This document shows positions 16,409-27,625 of a stretch of 32,000 nt of DNA, piece by piece; the first letter of the stretch is position 1; each line of letters begins with the position of its first letter. The notes under the pieces were generated by a model. It worked only from the letters and a program-made list of their open reading frames with translations, was not told the DNA's origin and made no database searches. A program made the position numbers and the translations under genes. This stretch comes from Candidatus Thorarchaeota archaeon (GTDB lineage Archaea; Asgardarchaeota; Thorarchaeia; Thorarchaeales; Thorarchaeaceae), in assembly GCA_008080745.1 (NCBI GenBank), contig SHMX01000009.1:1-32000 (forward strand), in the 5' to 3' direction.

Positions 16409-19400
16409 ATGGCCCGAAACGCCACCGAAAGGATAGAAGCACGCCAACTAAGAAATTATGAACGTGATGCAATCAGATTAATTCTTTATTCAATTGTAAT
16501 ATGCATTGCTATTCTCCCGTTGATGTCTGGAGATGTACAACAAGTTAGTTTACCTGTGCACGAGCCTGTTAATAACGTCAGTTTATCAGATAATGATCTT
16601 CTGTTGACCATTAGATTGACACATAGCCCTGATTGCATAGCACCCGGTGTTGTGGATAGTTATAGAGGGTTTGCATATGCCGATCAATATGCTGATGTGG
16701 TTCGATTTATAGATCCTATTAATGATGTAACTCTTAATCAAACTATAGAATCTGGAACTGTAGAAGAAACGATTCTTACGGGTGCCGATATTGATAATGA
16801 TGGTAGTACTGAGTTTCTACTAGTTAATGATAATGGCACAGTCAACAATTTACTGGTAGTTGATTTCAATGATGCAACTACAACCATATACAATACCTCT
16901 ATTGAATATCCCACGGATATTGCAACGGGATATTTCAACGATGATACGTTTCTTGATGTTGCTATCTTTGATATATACGGTGTTGAAACACTGGACATTC
17001 ACTCGGACCAGCGTCTTGGAATTTTCATGCATTCGGGTTTTGATACTGATTGCTATTCTATCGGGCGTTTCATTGACCCAACAGAGGACTCTATTGCCTT
17101 GGGCATATACGATGCTGCAAAAAATGGAAATTTCACTATTATTGCTGGTAATGGTACTATTCTGAGAACCACTATGATGCATGTCCCCATAATGGGTATG
17201 GCGAATTTTGATTACGGGCCTGGACTTGATGACCTTGCAATCATGATGTTTGATGGGAATCTTACTACATTATCTCCTTCGACCATGACAGTATTATACA
17301 ACATCACAGGACTTCCTGAAAGGAGCTTGGTGACAACTGGGGTTTTGAATTTTGATGGTCAGACTGACTTGTTAGTTGCTCCTATGCAAGATAATTATAC
17401 TGTGTTCATTGATGGTGCAAATGGAGATATAATTCGGTATTCAGTCAAAATAGCTGGTGTCTTTGAAGGAGCTATTGCCGGAGATCCCCCCTCACCGCTT
17501 ATCGATGGTGGGTTCATTGATGACGATAATCTTACAGATTTTGCTATCCTTGAAGGTACAGCGCGCAGTGCGGCATTTCTCAGAGGGTCCGATGGAAACA
17601 TCGGTTATGAAGAACCAAGTATCTCCAGTAAGCCGACAAACATTAGAGTCTTCGATATCAACAATAACACCCGAGATGATATCCTCGTTCTGGAAGGGAG
17701 CAATGTCTATGTGATGTTCAGTGATGTGACAGCTCCGATACTATATCCAGAAACACTCTCACCGCCTCACCCCACTATTCGAGACCCCTATATCGAAATC
17801 GAGGTGGGTATTGATGATGATACTTCTATCATTCTTGCTGACATTTATTTGCGATTTGAAGACGGGAATTGGTCTCAACCTGTTGATGAGCTTCAAAATG
17901 CAGGAACACAGTATTTTGCATTCTTAGTCGGATTACCCGAAGGTTACTATGAGTACTATCTTGTCTTTCAAGATACTTACTTGAATATCGGAACACTTGG
18001 GAATGAGACTCACCCTGTGAATTTCACTATAGCTGGTAATCTTGCTTGGACTGATACAAAGTATCAATCTACCGCTCTAGGTCATCAGCTGATGGATATA
18101 GGTAACACCTCCACTGGCGAGGAGGTTATCTATACGTTGGATTCGAGCAGTGATGTCATCTATTTGGATCGTTACACGCCTAGGGGTGAAAAACAATCAT
18201 TAGGTGTCGTTGCAAATAGAACTTTCAGCGATTTTTGGATTTACACGGGAATGATGGATGGGGATCATCTTCTAGACCCAATTATTCTACTTTATAATGC
18301 AACCGCTGAGATAGTAAACGTGACTATCTATCACGGAAATACTGGCACACTTTGGTATTCAACTCAGTATCCGTATAATCACATGAGAGATGTCCAATCT
18401 GCTCAAGCTTATGATTGTGATAGAGATGGCATAGATGAGTTCTTCTTTGTATTCGAGAACTCAAGCAATAGCCATGATGTATATCTTGCTCGTTTGAAAG
18501 CAGATGGTTTTTGGTCCAATGTATCTGTCACCGGTGGTAGCTCTGAAACTCATTCACTAAGCTTAGCATATACTTTGAATGATAACACAGCAGAAGCGGC
18601 TTTATCCTCGTCGGGAACAGGTCATGTTGATATCTTCAATGCATCCAGTATGACACTAATCTCAACCCACAATGTGACCCGTATAGAATTCGACATCACA
18701 ATACCAATCTATCTTAGAAATTATCATAATGCGTCAGAATCGCGAACCAAGTTTCTATTGTACATGTACTTCATGGACCCCTCCGGAATAAGTTATGGGT
18801 TCCATGTATTCGATGGTTCCACACCTAGGATTAATGAAACTGTCTTTTTCGAAGGTCACAACGAGCTCTATCTTGATTTGAATATTGTTGACTTGGAGGG
18901 TGATGGAACAGACGAACTGGTGGGTGTCAGCTATATTACTGGAGATATCGCACTTCTAAGGTTAGACACTCCGATTACTGTAGAGTGGTCTGTGCCATTA
19001 AGCACTGCGGATTTCTTGAGTTCTGTTATTGTCGATTTTGATGGTGATGGGCAAGATGAGATTGGAGTCTTTACTAAACAGGATACAATACTGTGGATTG
19101 TCTCTTTGAATGGGAAAATAGAACGTGAATTGAATGTTGGAGAAGGTCATGGTTGTAAGAAATTAAGCAATATCGATCTTGGATATGGTGAAGAGATTGT
19201 ATCTTATCCGCTTGTCCAGGATGGTGTGACAAAGATTGGTGTGATTCGTGATATCGTACTTATCAGACGTCTGAATGCTTCACTCACTTATTCTACAGAA
19301 GAGCTACTTCAAAGTGAATCATTGGACATCTACGTGGATGTAAGCAATATCTATTCGGAAGAAATCCCGGATGCAGAGGTATTTTTCACAGTACACTACA

Positions 19401-21910
19401 AATCAGGAGGTTCCATTATCACTCAAACGAGCTCTCTGATTTATGACATATCCAATTATTCTACAACATTGGCAGCAACGTGGCCAATTGGTGTTGTGAA
19501 TTTCAGTCTGACCATCAGTCATGATCTATATGATGTCTACGAGGAGTATTATCCCAATACTTTGGTTGTGAAGAGTGACCTGAGTGTTGAGGTCTATACA
19601 AAGAGTCTCTTGATGCAAAATCAGACCTTGACCGCAGATGTGGCTGTCACAGATAGTCTTGGTACACGAGTTTCCGATGCTTCCGTCGATATTGAGTTGG
19701 ATGGCACTCATTATGCAGTTGCCTATTCCGTCAATCTATATCGTCTATTAATTCCAAATATAGGTCTCAAACCTGGAGAATATACGATAAATGCATCCGC
19801 GAGTCATGAATATTCCGACACTGTTTCCTACGCTACAATATCATTCAGTTTGGTGGCTAATGAGATTAATATCTCCCGATTTATGCCTAATGGCCTTGAA
19901 CAAAACAATGAGTTTGTAGGCTGGTTGAATCTCACAGATATCTTTGATCATCCGATTGAGAACGCACAGGTGACAATTGTTGGTGCGGGTTTGGAACTCT
20001 TTCTGTCTGAATTAGAACCTGGATGTTATTATCTTAATTCAACTGCTGCAATGGGGCTAGGTAATCATACCTTTGAGATTCAAGTAGTACATGACTATAT
20101 TCAGGGCTCAACCTTTGGGGACTTCTATGTTGCAACCGTTGGCTCTATCACCCCCAATGTACCCGATATTTCTGCTGTTTCTGGTGGAGATCTATTCAAT
20201 GTGACAGTGTTCATCTCAGATGAGTACGGAACAACCCCTGATGATACATGGGTATGTGTTGAGATTGATGGTACGAACTATACCGCGTCAAAGATTTCTG
20301 GAAACTCGTTTAGAGTACAATTGAATGCGACCTATTCGATTGGAAAGCGAGAACTCACAATATATTATCGGTCCGCTTTCATTCATGATGGCAAGATATA
20401 CACTGATCTCAATGTTCATTCAAATCCAATTCTATCCCTTTCACCATCAAGTTATTGGACTGTTAGCCAATCTGATACGACCTTGATTGAGGTTGCTGTC
20501 AAAGACTGGTTGGGAGTATCTATCGGGGATGCATCTGTGAGTCTTAGAATCAGAGGTGTCCCCTATACCCTGACTCATGTAGTTAATGGGCTCTATAGCA
20601 CAAATATCTCAACGGTTGGATGGCCATATGGATCACATCCTTACCAACTTACAGTAGAACACGAGTATCTCTACATATTTTCGATAAGTGGAGAACTCTC
20701 AGTCATTGCAGAACCCACCATCACCATCATCCCGTCAACTGAGGTGCCTGAACAATTTACCCATCTCACTGTTACGGTTGAAGTTACAGATATCTATGAG
20801 AATCCCATCACAAATCTTGAGGTTGTGGTAGAGTTTGCTGGTATGAGATCAATTGCAGAAGAAAGTAATCTACCTGGGACATACTTTACAATCTTCGATG
20901 TTGGAAACACCTATTTTGGTACATACAACATCTCTGTACAAGTGAATGGGACACTCGCGAGTTCTGGACGCATGAGCAAATCCATTTTTGTTGAAGTTTC
21001 TACACCTGATAATGAATCTCTCAGTGCCGAAACGGTGTCTGTTGCTGGAGGATTATCACTATTACTCAGCTTGATTGGTATGATTTTATTTGTGAAGGTT
21101 TCCTCGTCTGTGTCGACAACTCCTAGAAAAAAGGATGATATTACAAAAAGCATCAGACAGATTGATAGGATTTATCTAGTCATCGTAGCAATATCTGGAT
21201 TACTATTCCTTCATTCTTGGTCACTTTTCTCAGCAGGGGAGGTTGCACTAGCTTTACTAGAGAGCATCCTTTTACTTGGATCTTCAGTCTTACTTTATGG
21301 TATTTGGCTCTACAGGGATGCTTATTCATCAATCCTGTTACAAGGTCGACTAAGTAAAAGAAGAATAGCTCTAGGTATCTGGCATCTAACTCTCGTTCCC
21401 TTTATTGTGTTACTCATATTTTACTATGGTCCGAGCTTTCAGTTCTTTGACAGGTATGTTATGAGTGTGGAATGGATAACTGTAGGTGGTTTCAGCTTTC
21501 CACCAATACTGGCGACAATCCTTGCAACATATATGAGCAGTATCGTGGTAGTGGTTATCAGCTTCTATCGTGAGATACGAAAGGGATTGAAGAGGATAGA
21601 TGATATGATTGTGTCGGGTACACCAAAGAATGTGGTTGACGAGGAACAGGTACTTCTCATAGGTCGTACGGGTGCTTCAATCAGAATCAAGTTCCTGATG
21701 TTCTTACTAATTCTGGGTGCAACAACAGTAGTCCAGCTAGACTTCATCCTGAAGAACTACTCAATGGCGGCAATTGTGCTGGTACCCATTCTATTCCTAG
21801 TATTGATTCCATTCATATCTTCAAGACTAGTAAGAGGGCTTCCAAAGATGATGAAACGACTAAGAGGGCGCTCCTCTAGAGAAGATCTTGAAATACCACT
21901 GGTTGAGTAG
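16409..21910 (+). CDS. Large surface protein: FG-GAP/VCBS-like propeller repeats, Ig-like stalk, C-terminal multi-TM domain
   Basis: N-terminal TM; DIDNDGSTEFLL, DCDRDGIDEFF, DLEGDGTDEL and DFDGDGQDEIGV Ca-loop repeats; repeated VxVxDxxGxxIxDAxV Ig-like modules with NxT sequons; about 6 C-terminal TM helices. The ORF track starts at 16361. Confidence 0.8.
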   Translation: MARNATERIEARQLRNYERDAIRLILYSIVICIAILPLMSGDVQQVSLPVHEPVNNVSLSDNDLLLTIRLTHSPDCIAPGVVDSYRGFAYADQYADVVRFIDPINDVTLNQTIESGTVEETILTGADIDNDGSTEFLLVNDNGTVNNLLVVDFNDATTTIYNTSIEYPTDIATGYFNDDTFLDVAIFDIYGVETLDIHSDQRLGIFMHSGFDTDCYSIGRFIDPTEDSIALGIYDAAKNGNFTIIAGNGTILRTTMMHVPIMGMANFDYGPGLDDLAIMMFDGNLTTLSPSTMTVLYNITGLPERSLVTTGVLNFDGQTDLLVAPMQDNYTVFIDGANGDIIRYSVKIAGVFEGAIAGDPPSPLIDGGFIDDDNLTDFAILEGTARSAAFLRGSDGNIGYEEPSISSKPTNIRVFDINNNTRDDILVLEGSNVYVMFSDVTAPILYPETLSPPHPTIRDPYIEIEVGIDDDTSIILADIYLRFEDGNWSQPVDELQNAGTQYFAFLVGLPEGYYEYYLVFQDTYLNIGTLGNETHPVNFTIAGNLAWTDTKYQSTALGHQLMDIGNTSTGEEVIYTLDSSSDVIYLDRYTPRGEKQSLGVVANRTFSDFWIYTGMMDGDHLLDPIILLYNATAEIVNVTIYHGNTGTLWYSTQYPYNHMRDVQSAQAYDCDRDGIDEFFFVFENSSNSHDVYLARLKADGFWSNVSVTGGSSETHSLSLAYTLNDNTAEAALSSSGTGHVDIFNASSMTLISTHNVTRIEFDITIPIYLRNYHNASESRTKFLLYMYFMDPSGISYGFHVFDGSTPRINETVFFEGHNELYLDLNIVDLEGDGTDELVGVSYITGDIALLRLDTPITVEWSVPLSTADFLSSVIVDFDGDGQDEIGVFTKQDTILWIVSLNGKIERELNVGEGHGCKKLSNIDLGYGEEIVSYPLVQDGVTKIGVIRDIVLIRRLNASLTYSTEELLQSESLDIYVDVSNIYSEEIPDAEVFFTVHYKSGGSIITQTSSLIYDISNYSTTLAATWPIGVVNFSLTISHDLYDVYEEYYPNTLVVKSDLSVEVYTKSLLMQNQTLTADVAVTDSLGTRVSDASVDIELDGTHYAVAYSVNLYRLLIPNIGLKPGEYTINASASHEYSDTVSYATISFSLVANEINISRFMPNGLEQNNEFVGWLNLTDIFDHPIENAQVTIVGAGLELFLSELEPGCYYLNSTAAMGLGNHTFEIQVVHDYIQGSTFGDFYVATVGSITPNVPDISAVSGGDLFNVTVFISDEYGTTPDDTWVCVEIDGTNYTASKISGNSFRVQLNATYSIGKRELTIYYRSAFIHDGKIYTDLNVHSNPILSLSPSSYWTVSQSDTTLIEVAVKDWLGVSIGDASVSLRIRGVPYTLTHVVNGLYSTNISTVGWPYGSHPYQLTVEHEYLYIFSISGELSVIAEPTITIIPSTEVPEQFTHLTVTVEVTDIYENPITNLEVVVEFAGMRSIAEESNLPGTYFTIFDVGNTYFGTYNISVQVNGTLASSGRMSKSIFVEVSTPDNESLSAETVSVAGGLSLLLSLIGMILFVKVSSSVSTTPRKKDDITKSIRQIDRIYLVIVAISGLLFLHSWSLFSAGEVALALLESILLLGSSVLLYGIWLYRDAYSSILLQGRLSKRRIALGIWHLTLVPFIVLLIFYYGPSFQFFDRYVMSVEWITVGGFSFPPILATILATYMSSIVVVVISFYREIRKGLKRIDDMIVSGTPKNVVDEEQVLLIGRTGASIRIKFLMFLLILGATTVVQLDFILKNYSMAAIVLVPILFLVLIPFISSRLVRGLPKMMKRLRGRSSREDLEIPLVE

Positions 21911-22053
21911 ATACAATTCGTAATGTCTAGAGAACAGGCGCTGCTCTCAACAGAGAAACAACGTCCGAGCCATCTGGAATCAGTATTGTCCCAAAATTGG
22001 AGGCAAAATCTGCAAAGAAGCCTATTAGTACAATCTAATTCCTAGATCATAAC

Positions 22054-22959
22054 ATGATATATCATTCCCTGAACCAACTCATTGGTCATACACCTTTAGT
22101 CAAAATCCAACGACTCGATAATTTCACAAATCTCTCCATCTACGGGAAATTGGAATATCTCAATCCTGCAGGCAGTGTGAAAGATCGTGTTGCATCTTTC
22201 TTGATAGCAGATGGCGAAAAGCATGGTTTGCTTTCGAAGGACAAGAAGGTGATAGAAGCTAGTAGTGGGAATACGGGAATTGGTCTTGCAATGTTGTGTG
22301 CAGTAAAGGGCTACGATTGCATTATTGTGATGCCCGAGAGTGTGTCTGAAGAGCGAAAGCGAATTCTATGGAGTTATGGTGCGAAAGTGATTTTGACCTC
22401 TGCTGAGAAAGGGACTGATGGATCACTTGAATATGTGATTAGAACTGCTAACAAAAACCCAGAACAATACTATCATCCTAATCAGTATGATAACCCAGTC
22501 AATTGGCGGGCCCATTATGAAACCACAGCGAGTGAGATATTAGATGATACTGGTGGTGATATCACACATTTCGTTGCCGGACTTGGAACATCTGGGACCC
22601 TGATGGGAGTCGCTAAGAAACTAAAAGAGGAGTTAGATGAGGTGTCTATTGTGTCTGTTGAACCTTCTCCTGAGACCTCTATTCCTGGTCTGAAGAATAT
22701 TCAGTATTGCCGCCGACCAGCTATTCTGAATGACTGTTTGATTGATAGGAAGGTCTTTGTCAATCATCAAGACGCAATTGCTACTGCTGAAAGACTTGCT
22801 CAGACTGAGGGGCTGTTCGTTGGTCATAGTTCAGGTGCTGCAATGTATGGTGCTATTGAAATAGCTAAAGAATTGAATAATACTGATAAATCTGGAACAA
22901 TTGTGGTTCTTTTCCCCGATTCTGGAACAAAATACCTTTCGTCTAGCTCAGTATGGTGA
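22054..22959 (+). CDS. cysK: PLP-dependent cysteine synthase family protein (CysK/CysM)
   Basis: KLEYLNPAGSVKDR (PLP lysine), EASSGNTGIGLA, NQYDNP, GLGTSGT, GHSSGAA, FPDSGTKYLS. Confidence 0.88.
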   Translation: MIYHSLNQLIGHTPLVKIQRLDNFTNLSIYGKLEYLNPAGSVKDRVASFLIADGEKHGLLSKDKKVIEASSGNTGIGLAMLCAVKGYDCIIVMPESVSEERKRILWSYGAKVILTSAEKGTDGSLEYVIRTANKNPEQYYHPNQYDNPVNWRAHYETTASEILDDTGGDITHFVAGLGTSGTLMGVAKKLKEELDEVSIVSVEPSPETSIPGLKNIQYCRRPAILNDCLIDRKVFVNHQDAIATAERLAQTEGLFVGHSSGAAMYGAIEIAKELNNTDKSGTIVVLFPDSGTKYLSSSSVW

Positions 22960-23021
22960 TTATCAGTTTTTCTATTTGGTTTACAATTGACCGGAAACTT
23001 GAAGCCTGATTATAGTTTCAC

Positions 23022-23720
23022 ATGTTTACTATGGGCGATGATCGATACTACTCTGAGAAACTCTCCGCTGATAGGCTCAAGAGATGCTATGATATTGCAC
23101 CACCTCGAACTCGACAATATCTTGAGGCCGAACTAGATTATGCGACCTCCCTGCTAAATGAAAATGATATTGTTTTGGAGCTAGGCTGTGGTTATGGAAG
23201 AATTCTCCCTCGTCTAGCAGAGTCTGGCCAATCCGTTGTTGGTATTGACACGTCTTATAATAGCCTCTTAATGGCTAAGAATGACTACATAGGGGGAAAA
23301 CGGATAAATCTCTTAGAAGCCAATGCAAATTTACTTCCTTTCAGAAACGCATCTTTTGACGCTGTATTGGTTTTGCAAAATGGAATATCTGCTTTCAAAG
23401 TTAACCCCTTACAGCTGATGACGGAAACTATTCGTGTAACAAGAGCAGGAGGTCTATCCATTTTCTCCAGTTATTCTCCAAATTTCTGGGACGACAGAAT
23501 GGAATGGTTTAGGTTACAGTCTGAAGAGGGTCTTCTTGGTGAGATTGACTGGAATCTAACCAAGGATGGCGAGATTGTCTGTAAAGATGGATTTCGTGCG
23601 ACAACTTTTACCAAAGAGGATTTCCTTGCACTCACAAACTCATTAGAAACGGGGAATATTGAGGTGACCATTTCAGAAGTAGACAAATCAAGTATTTTTT
23701 GTATCATTCTCGTTCTCTGA
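23022..23720 (+). CDS. Class I SAM-dependent methyltransferase
   Basis: VLELGCGYGR motif I, VVGIDTS, LPFRNASFDAV. Confidence 0.9.
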   Translation: MFTMGDDRYYSEKLSADRLKRCYDIAPPRTRQYLEAELDYATSLLNENDIVLELGCGYGRILPRLAESGQSVVGIDTSYNSLLMAKNDYIGGKRINLLEANANLLPFRNASFDAVLVLQNGISAFKVNPLQLMTETIRVTRAGGLSIFSSYSPNFWDDRMEWFRLQSEEGLLGEIDWNLTKDGEIVCKDGFRATTFTKEDFLALTNSLETGNIEVTISEVDKSSIFCIILVL

Positions 23721-23828
23721 TTCCTTTTTGTTATCAGATCTGCCTAGATATGATATAGAAGCAATTAATAAGTACCTTTAACCATTGTTAATTAAACAAA
23801 TAGTACACTTAAATGAGGTTGTAAGAAT

Positions 23829-24374
23829 TTGGTTCAACCTATTGGCCCTCTAATGATCGAACATCGTTTGATTGAGAGAATGATTGCAGTAATGGAAAAG
23901 GAGATTGAACGTATCGAGGCAGACAATACAGCTAACCCCAATTTCATTGAGATAGCTGTAGACTTCATTCGAACATATGCTGATAGATGCCATCATGGAA
24001 AGGAAGAGGATATACTCTTTCGCGATTTGAAGAAGAAAGATTTGACTGACGAAGATCAAGCATTGATGGATGAACTGATTCAGGAACATATCCTTGGTCG
24101 AAAACTTACCCAAGAGTTAGTGGATGCAAAAGAGAGGTATGTATCTGGAACGGATGAGGCTATCATCTCCATTGTTGATGTGATGCGTCAATTGGTGGAA
24201 TTCTATCCCCAACATATCGAAAAGGAAGACAAAGTATTCTTTAAAGCGGCAATGAAATATTTCTCTCGTGAAGAGATGGACTTGATGCTGGAAGAGGAAT
24301 ACAAATTCGACAGGGAACTTATCCACTACGTATTTGAAGACAAAGTGGAAGAGGTTGAATCTTCTCACGAATAG
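23829..24374 (+). CDS. Hemerythrin-like (HHE cation-binding) protein
   Basis: EHRLI, CHHGKEEDILF, QEHILGR, HIEKEDKVFF. Confidence 0.88.
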   Translation: MVQPIGPLMIEHRLIERMIAVMEKEIERIEADNTANPNFIEIAVDFIRTYADRCHHGKEEDILFRDLKKKDLTDEDQALMDELIQEHILGRKLTQELVDAKERYVSGTDEAIISIVDVMRQLVEFYPQHIEKEDKVFFKAAMKYFSREEMDLMLEEEYKFDRELIHYVFEDKVEEVESSHE

Positions 24375-24447
24375 ATGTTCTCTACTTGTATGGTATCCCT
24401 ATTCTTATATTGTATTGTAACAATAGTTAATTACATGGCTGATATCA

Positions 24448-24684
24448 ATGAAACGTGAGATTGAAGGTACCATTGTTTCCTCTCAGATAGAACATTATGG
24501 CGATAATGATATTCCGACAGGAATCGTTACTATTCGTGCTCCAGACAAGGAGTACTATAAATTCGAGATTAACGTCAATACCGAATATGAAACTGTTGAA
24601 GAGGATGCAAAGGTACATGTGACCTATGAACCTATTTTGGACAGTAAGACACTCAGGGCTCTCAAGATTAAGAAAGCTGACTAA
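24448..24684 (+). CDS. Small hypothetical beta-rich (OB-like) protein
   Basis: 78-aa ORF with AT-rich upstream region. Confidence 0.6.
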   Translation: MKREIEGTIVSSQIEHYGDNDIPTGIVTIRAPDKEYYKFEINVNTEYETVEEDAKVHVTYEPILDSKTLRALKIKKAD

Positions 24685-24687
24685 TTA

Positions 24688-25524
24688 CTATCTCGAATTC
24701 TGAATCTTTTGGATGATATGAATTGATTCTTTTCGGCTGAGATAAAGAAACCAGACAATCATGAATATCACAAGAATGAGGGCTCCAAGAATTGCAACTA
24801 TAGTCACATCTGGTGCTGGAGTACTAGTAGGACTAAGCCTGTCCCCAACAACTCCAATAATTGCCCAGAGTCCTACTCCTGCAAATACAAAGTCGTTTTT
24901 GGTGACGAGTACCATAATGTAGATTATCAAAGTCATGAGTAGCACAAGGACAGTCCATCCGCTCTCGCCTAGAGGGCCGGGATCAAAACCAATTGACACC
25001 AGACCTGTTGTTGTGTTAACAATAGCAGCGACCGTCACCCAAGCTGTAAGCATACTCCACGCAACAGTAACAAAAAGATGTTCTTTGATTGGCCTGTTTC
25101 GTTTATTAATGCCTAATCTCAGATAAGCTCCTAACGAGGTTATCAGATAGGCGTACATTGCACCTATTGCAGGCCAGATATACCCCATGCCCCAGAGTGC
25201 GTACCAGGCTGTTGTTGATGCCCAAGAGAGGAAAAAGAACACGCTAACCTCGTGGACGTAGGGCATCTCAATTCTTTCTTCAGGCGGTTTTAGGATGTCT
25301 CGTGCTTGGTAGAAATAGAATAATGCTTGAAAGATGAATATTGGTCCCCATATCGCAAAAGTGAATGGTGCAGGACTAAGTAGTTTTGAATAGGTGTCAG
25401 CTGTAATCGACGACACAAAATCTAGGTCCAGTAGGGCAATGAAACCTCCACAAAGTATGGGAGTTAGCAAGTTAAGTATTTGGAGCATTCTCTTCTCTTT
25501 CTCTTTTTCCATTACAAGCACCAA
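24688..25524 (-). CDS. TspO/MBR-like tryptophan-rich membrane protein
   Basis: PAPFTFAIWGPIF, Trp-rich TM helices, AWVTVAAIVN. Confidence 0.7.
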   Translation of the reverse strand: MVLVMEKEKEKRMLQILNLLTPILCGGFIALLDLDFVSSITADTYSKLLSPAPFTFAIWGPIFIFQALFYFYQARDILKPPEERIEMPYVHEVSVFFFLSWASTTAWYALWGMGYIWPAIGAMYAYLITSLGAYLRLGINKRNRPIKEHLFVTVAWSMLTAWVTVAAIVNTTTGLVSIGFDPGPLGESGWTVLVLLMTLIIYIMVLVTKNDFVFAGVGLWAIIGVVGDRLSPTSTPAPDVTIVAILGALILVIFMIVWFLYLSRKESIHIIQKIQNSR

Positions 25525-25643
25525 CTATGATACAACAATGTTCTTTCTAATATAGGATTGGTTTTTTCGATTATTCTTTCTTATATTGAACAATTTGATA
25601 TCCCGTAACAATCCTAATGTTATAACAAGTTGATTAGAGATTC

Positions 25644-26168
25644 ATGCCCTCTGAGTATATTCAGATCATTCGGACACAAGTCCTCACTGGTGAACTGAGT
25701 CCATACAAGTTCTTTGATGAACTGAAAGATGCTGAATCAGCTGATGTAATAGCAATTTGTGAATGGATAACATCCAATCTCTCCATCAAAGAACATCCTT
25801 CTATGGTTAAATTGGCCTTTACTAAACTTGCAAAACGAAGGCATCTTCCATCCTATGATAAATTTCTCTCTCTCAAGAAGGATTGGATCAATTCATACTA
25901 CAACGAATATCAGTTTGTAGAGGCACTTTTTGAGAATGCTAGAAAGGGCGCTCAGTGTAACTGTTCAGTTTATCAAGTTAGCAGATTCAATGTCCCTCCC
26001 TATCAAGAAGATTTAGAAAGAGTCGATGAAAAACACTTGGATGATGTTGATTTCGGAGTCACTCATTTGGTCTATGTGAGATGTAAGGATTGTGGCGGCA
26101 TTTGGGAGGTCGGAATAGATTACATGTACCATTACCCTCATAGTCACTGGAGCAAAATGCGTGATTGA
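25644..26168 (+). CDS. Hypothetical protein with C-terminal Zn-binding motif
   Basis: CNC...CKDCGGIW. Confidence 0.6.
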   Translation: MPSEYIQIIRTQVLTGELSPYKFFDELKDAESADVIAICEWITSNLSIKEHPSMVKLAFTKLAKRRHLPSYDKFLSLKKDWINSYYNEYQFVEALFENARKGAQCNCSVYQVSRFNVPPYQEDLERVDEKHLDDVDFGVTHLVYVRCKDCGGIWEVGIDYMYHYPHSHWSKMRD

Positions 26169-26208
26169 AATCGTGGGATCTCAGTGGTCTGTTAAGATGG
26201 GACCAAAT

Positions 26209-26595
26209 TCATCTTTGCCCATTGGAGGTATAATCAGAGATATACTCGATGATGGGTATGACTTTTCCATTCTCAAGTTTTGGATAAACATCAACAGCAT
26301 ATCCCTTTGAGTCGTCATATACAATTAATGATGGAATCTCTTTGGCAAATTTGATCGCTCGTTGCTGAGCAGTACCATAAATTCTGCGAATTGCTGTCTT
26401 ATTCATGATTGCAACTTTCATTACGGTTTCGTAGGCTTCAGAGAGTTTGTCTTCAGGCCATCCTTTTGTATCAAAAATATCGATGCGGATGATTTTAGCC
26501 ATCTCTTTTAGTTTTTCAATTGCGTCTTGGATTCCTTTATTGATTGGATTTTCGGCAGGATCGATTGTTGAATCATAATAGAACTTCAAATACAT
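26209..26595 (-). CDS. Hypothetical protein (possible thioredoxin-like fold)
   Basis: 128-aa ORF; IPSLIVYD...VYP. Confidence 0.55.
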   Translation of the reverse strand: MYLKFYYDSTIDPAENPINKGIQDAIEKLKEMAKIIRIDIFDTKGWPEDKLSEAYETVMKVAIMNKTAIRRIYGTAQQRAIKFAKEIPSLIVYDDSKGYAVDVYPKLENGKVIPIIEYISDYTSNGQR

Positions 26596-26721
26596 GTTTA
26601 ACCAACAAACGCATAGACTTGCTTGGCAATTAAGCTTACTCCTCCCGCATGCCTATTGAAACGTAAATGTACACGAAAACGATTTGAGTTTTAATAAATT
26701 GGAGAGGTGGAAATGTCCACC

Positions 26722-27528
26722 TCAAGTTCTTCTCTTTCTAACTATGAATAATATTCCAATAGACACCACAGCTGCTATGGCAATAGTGCTGAGGAGCAAA
26801 ACGGTGGGTAGCTTTGGTAGGAACCATGAATCCCATGGATCATTTTCCAAGTCTACACCATAGCTAACAAGCACATCCGTTCGATTCTCCTGATCGGGAT
26901 AGAAGTACTTGACTGCACCTACATTTGGAGCATACCAGACCCAGAAACTGATTTCGCCATCTGGTGTGATTTCCTCCTCGTGAATTCTTATACATTCATC
27001 AAATGTACCCGCAGGAACGGTAACAGACTCGATTGCTTCTATGGTATAGTTTGCCTTGAACTCCACACCAGGGATTACTTGACTAGTTCCCTTGATTATC
27101 AAATCTCCCGTGGATGCTCCGCCAAGCATAGTTCCCTCTACCACTGGCTCACGAACATAAGGAAGTCCCTGTGCTACAGTTATTTTCGCATTTGTATCCT
27201 CGAATCCCCACCAAATCAAAGTGTCATCTGTCTTTGAGAGCCACATTTGATTGACCCAAGAATAGTCATCATCGTCTTCATACATGTGTGCCTCACACCA
27301 GTATACCGTGAAAGTTCCAAAGGGACCTCCTAAGAATTCCCATTCTTCAGCCACGTAGCGTTTGGTCATCCATGTTGTGCTATCTGTAGTGGTGTTAAAT
27401 TCATTAAAATTCCCTGGAGCGAGAGGGAAGTATTCCATTTTTAATGCTGAAACTGGTGTAATATGAGGTGACATTACTACCAGTGAAAGAATACAGCTAG
27501 TTAGAACTAATAATGATGCTCGCTTCAA
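26722..27528 (-). CDS. Secreted, C-terminally anchored protein
   Basis: Signal peptide; ESVTVPAGTFDECIRI and WYAPNVGAVK beta-domain motifs; C-terminal TM followed by RKRRT. Confidence 0.7.
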   Translation of the reverse strand: MKRASLLVLTSCILSLVVMSPHITPVSALKMEYFPLAPGNFNEFNTTTDSTTWMTKRYVAEEWEFLGGPFGTFTVYWCEAHMYEDDDDYSWVNQMWLSKTDDTLIWWGFEDTNAKITVAQGLPYVREPVVEGTMLGGASTGDLIIKGTSQVIPGVEFKANYTIEAIESVTVPAGTFDECIRIHEEEITPDGEISFWVWYAPNVGAVKYFYPDQENRTDVLVSYGVDLENDPWDSWFLPKLPTVLLLSTIAIAAVVSIGILFIVRKRRT

Positions 27529-27625
27529 AGTAATCAGACTTGTGAATTATAATTTATAAAAAAGCATATCTTCTATGTAATCATTATCAAAATCTTAAAC
27601 TACTGGTACTACTCTTGAAGATGAT

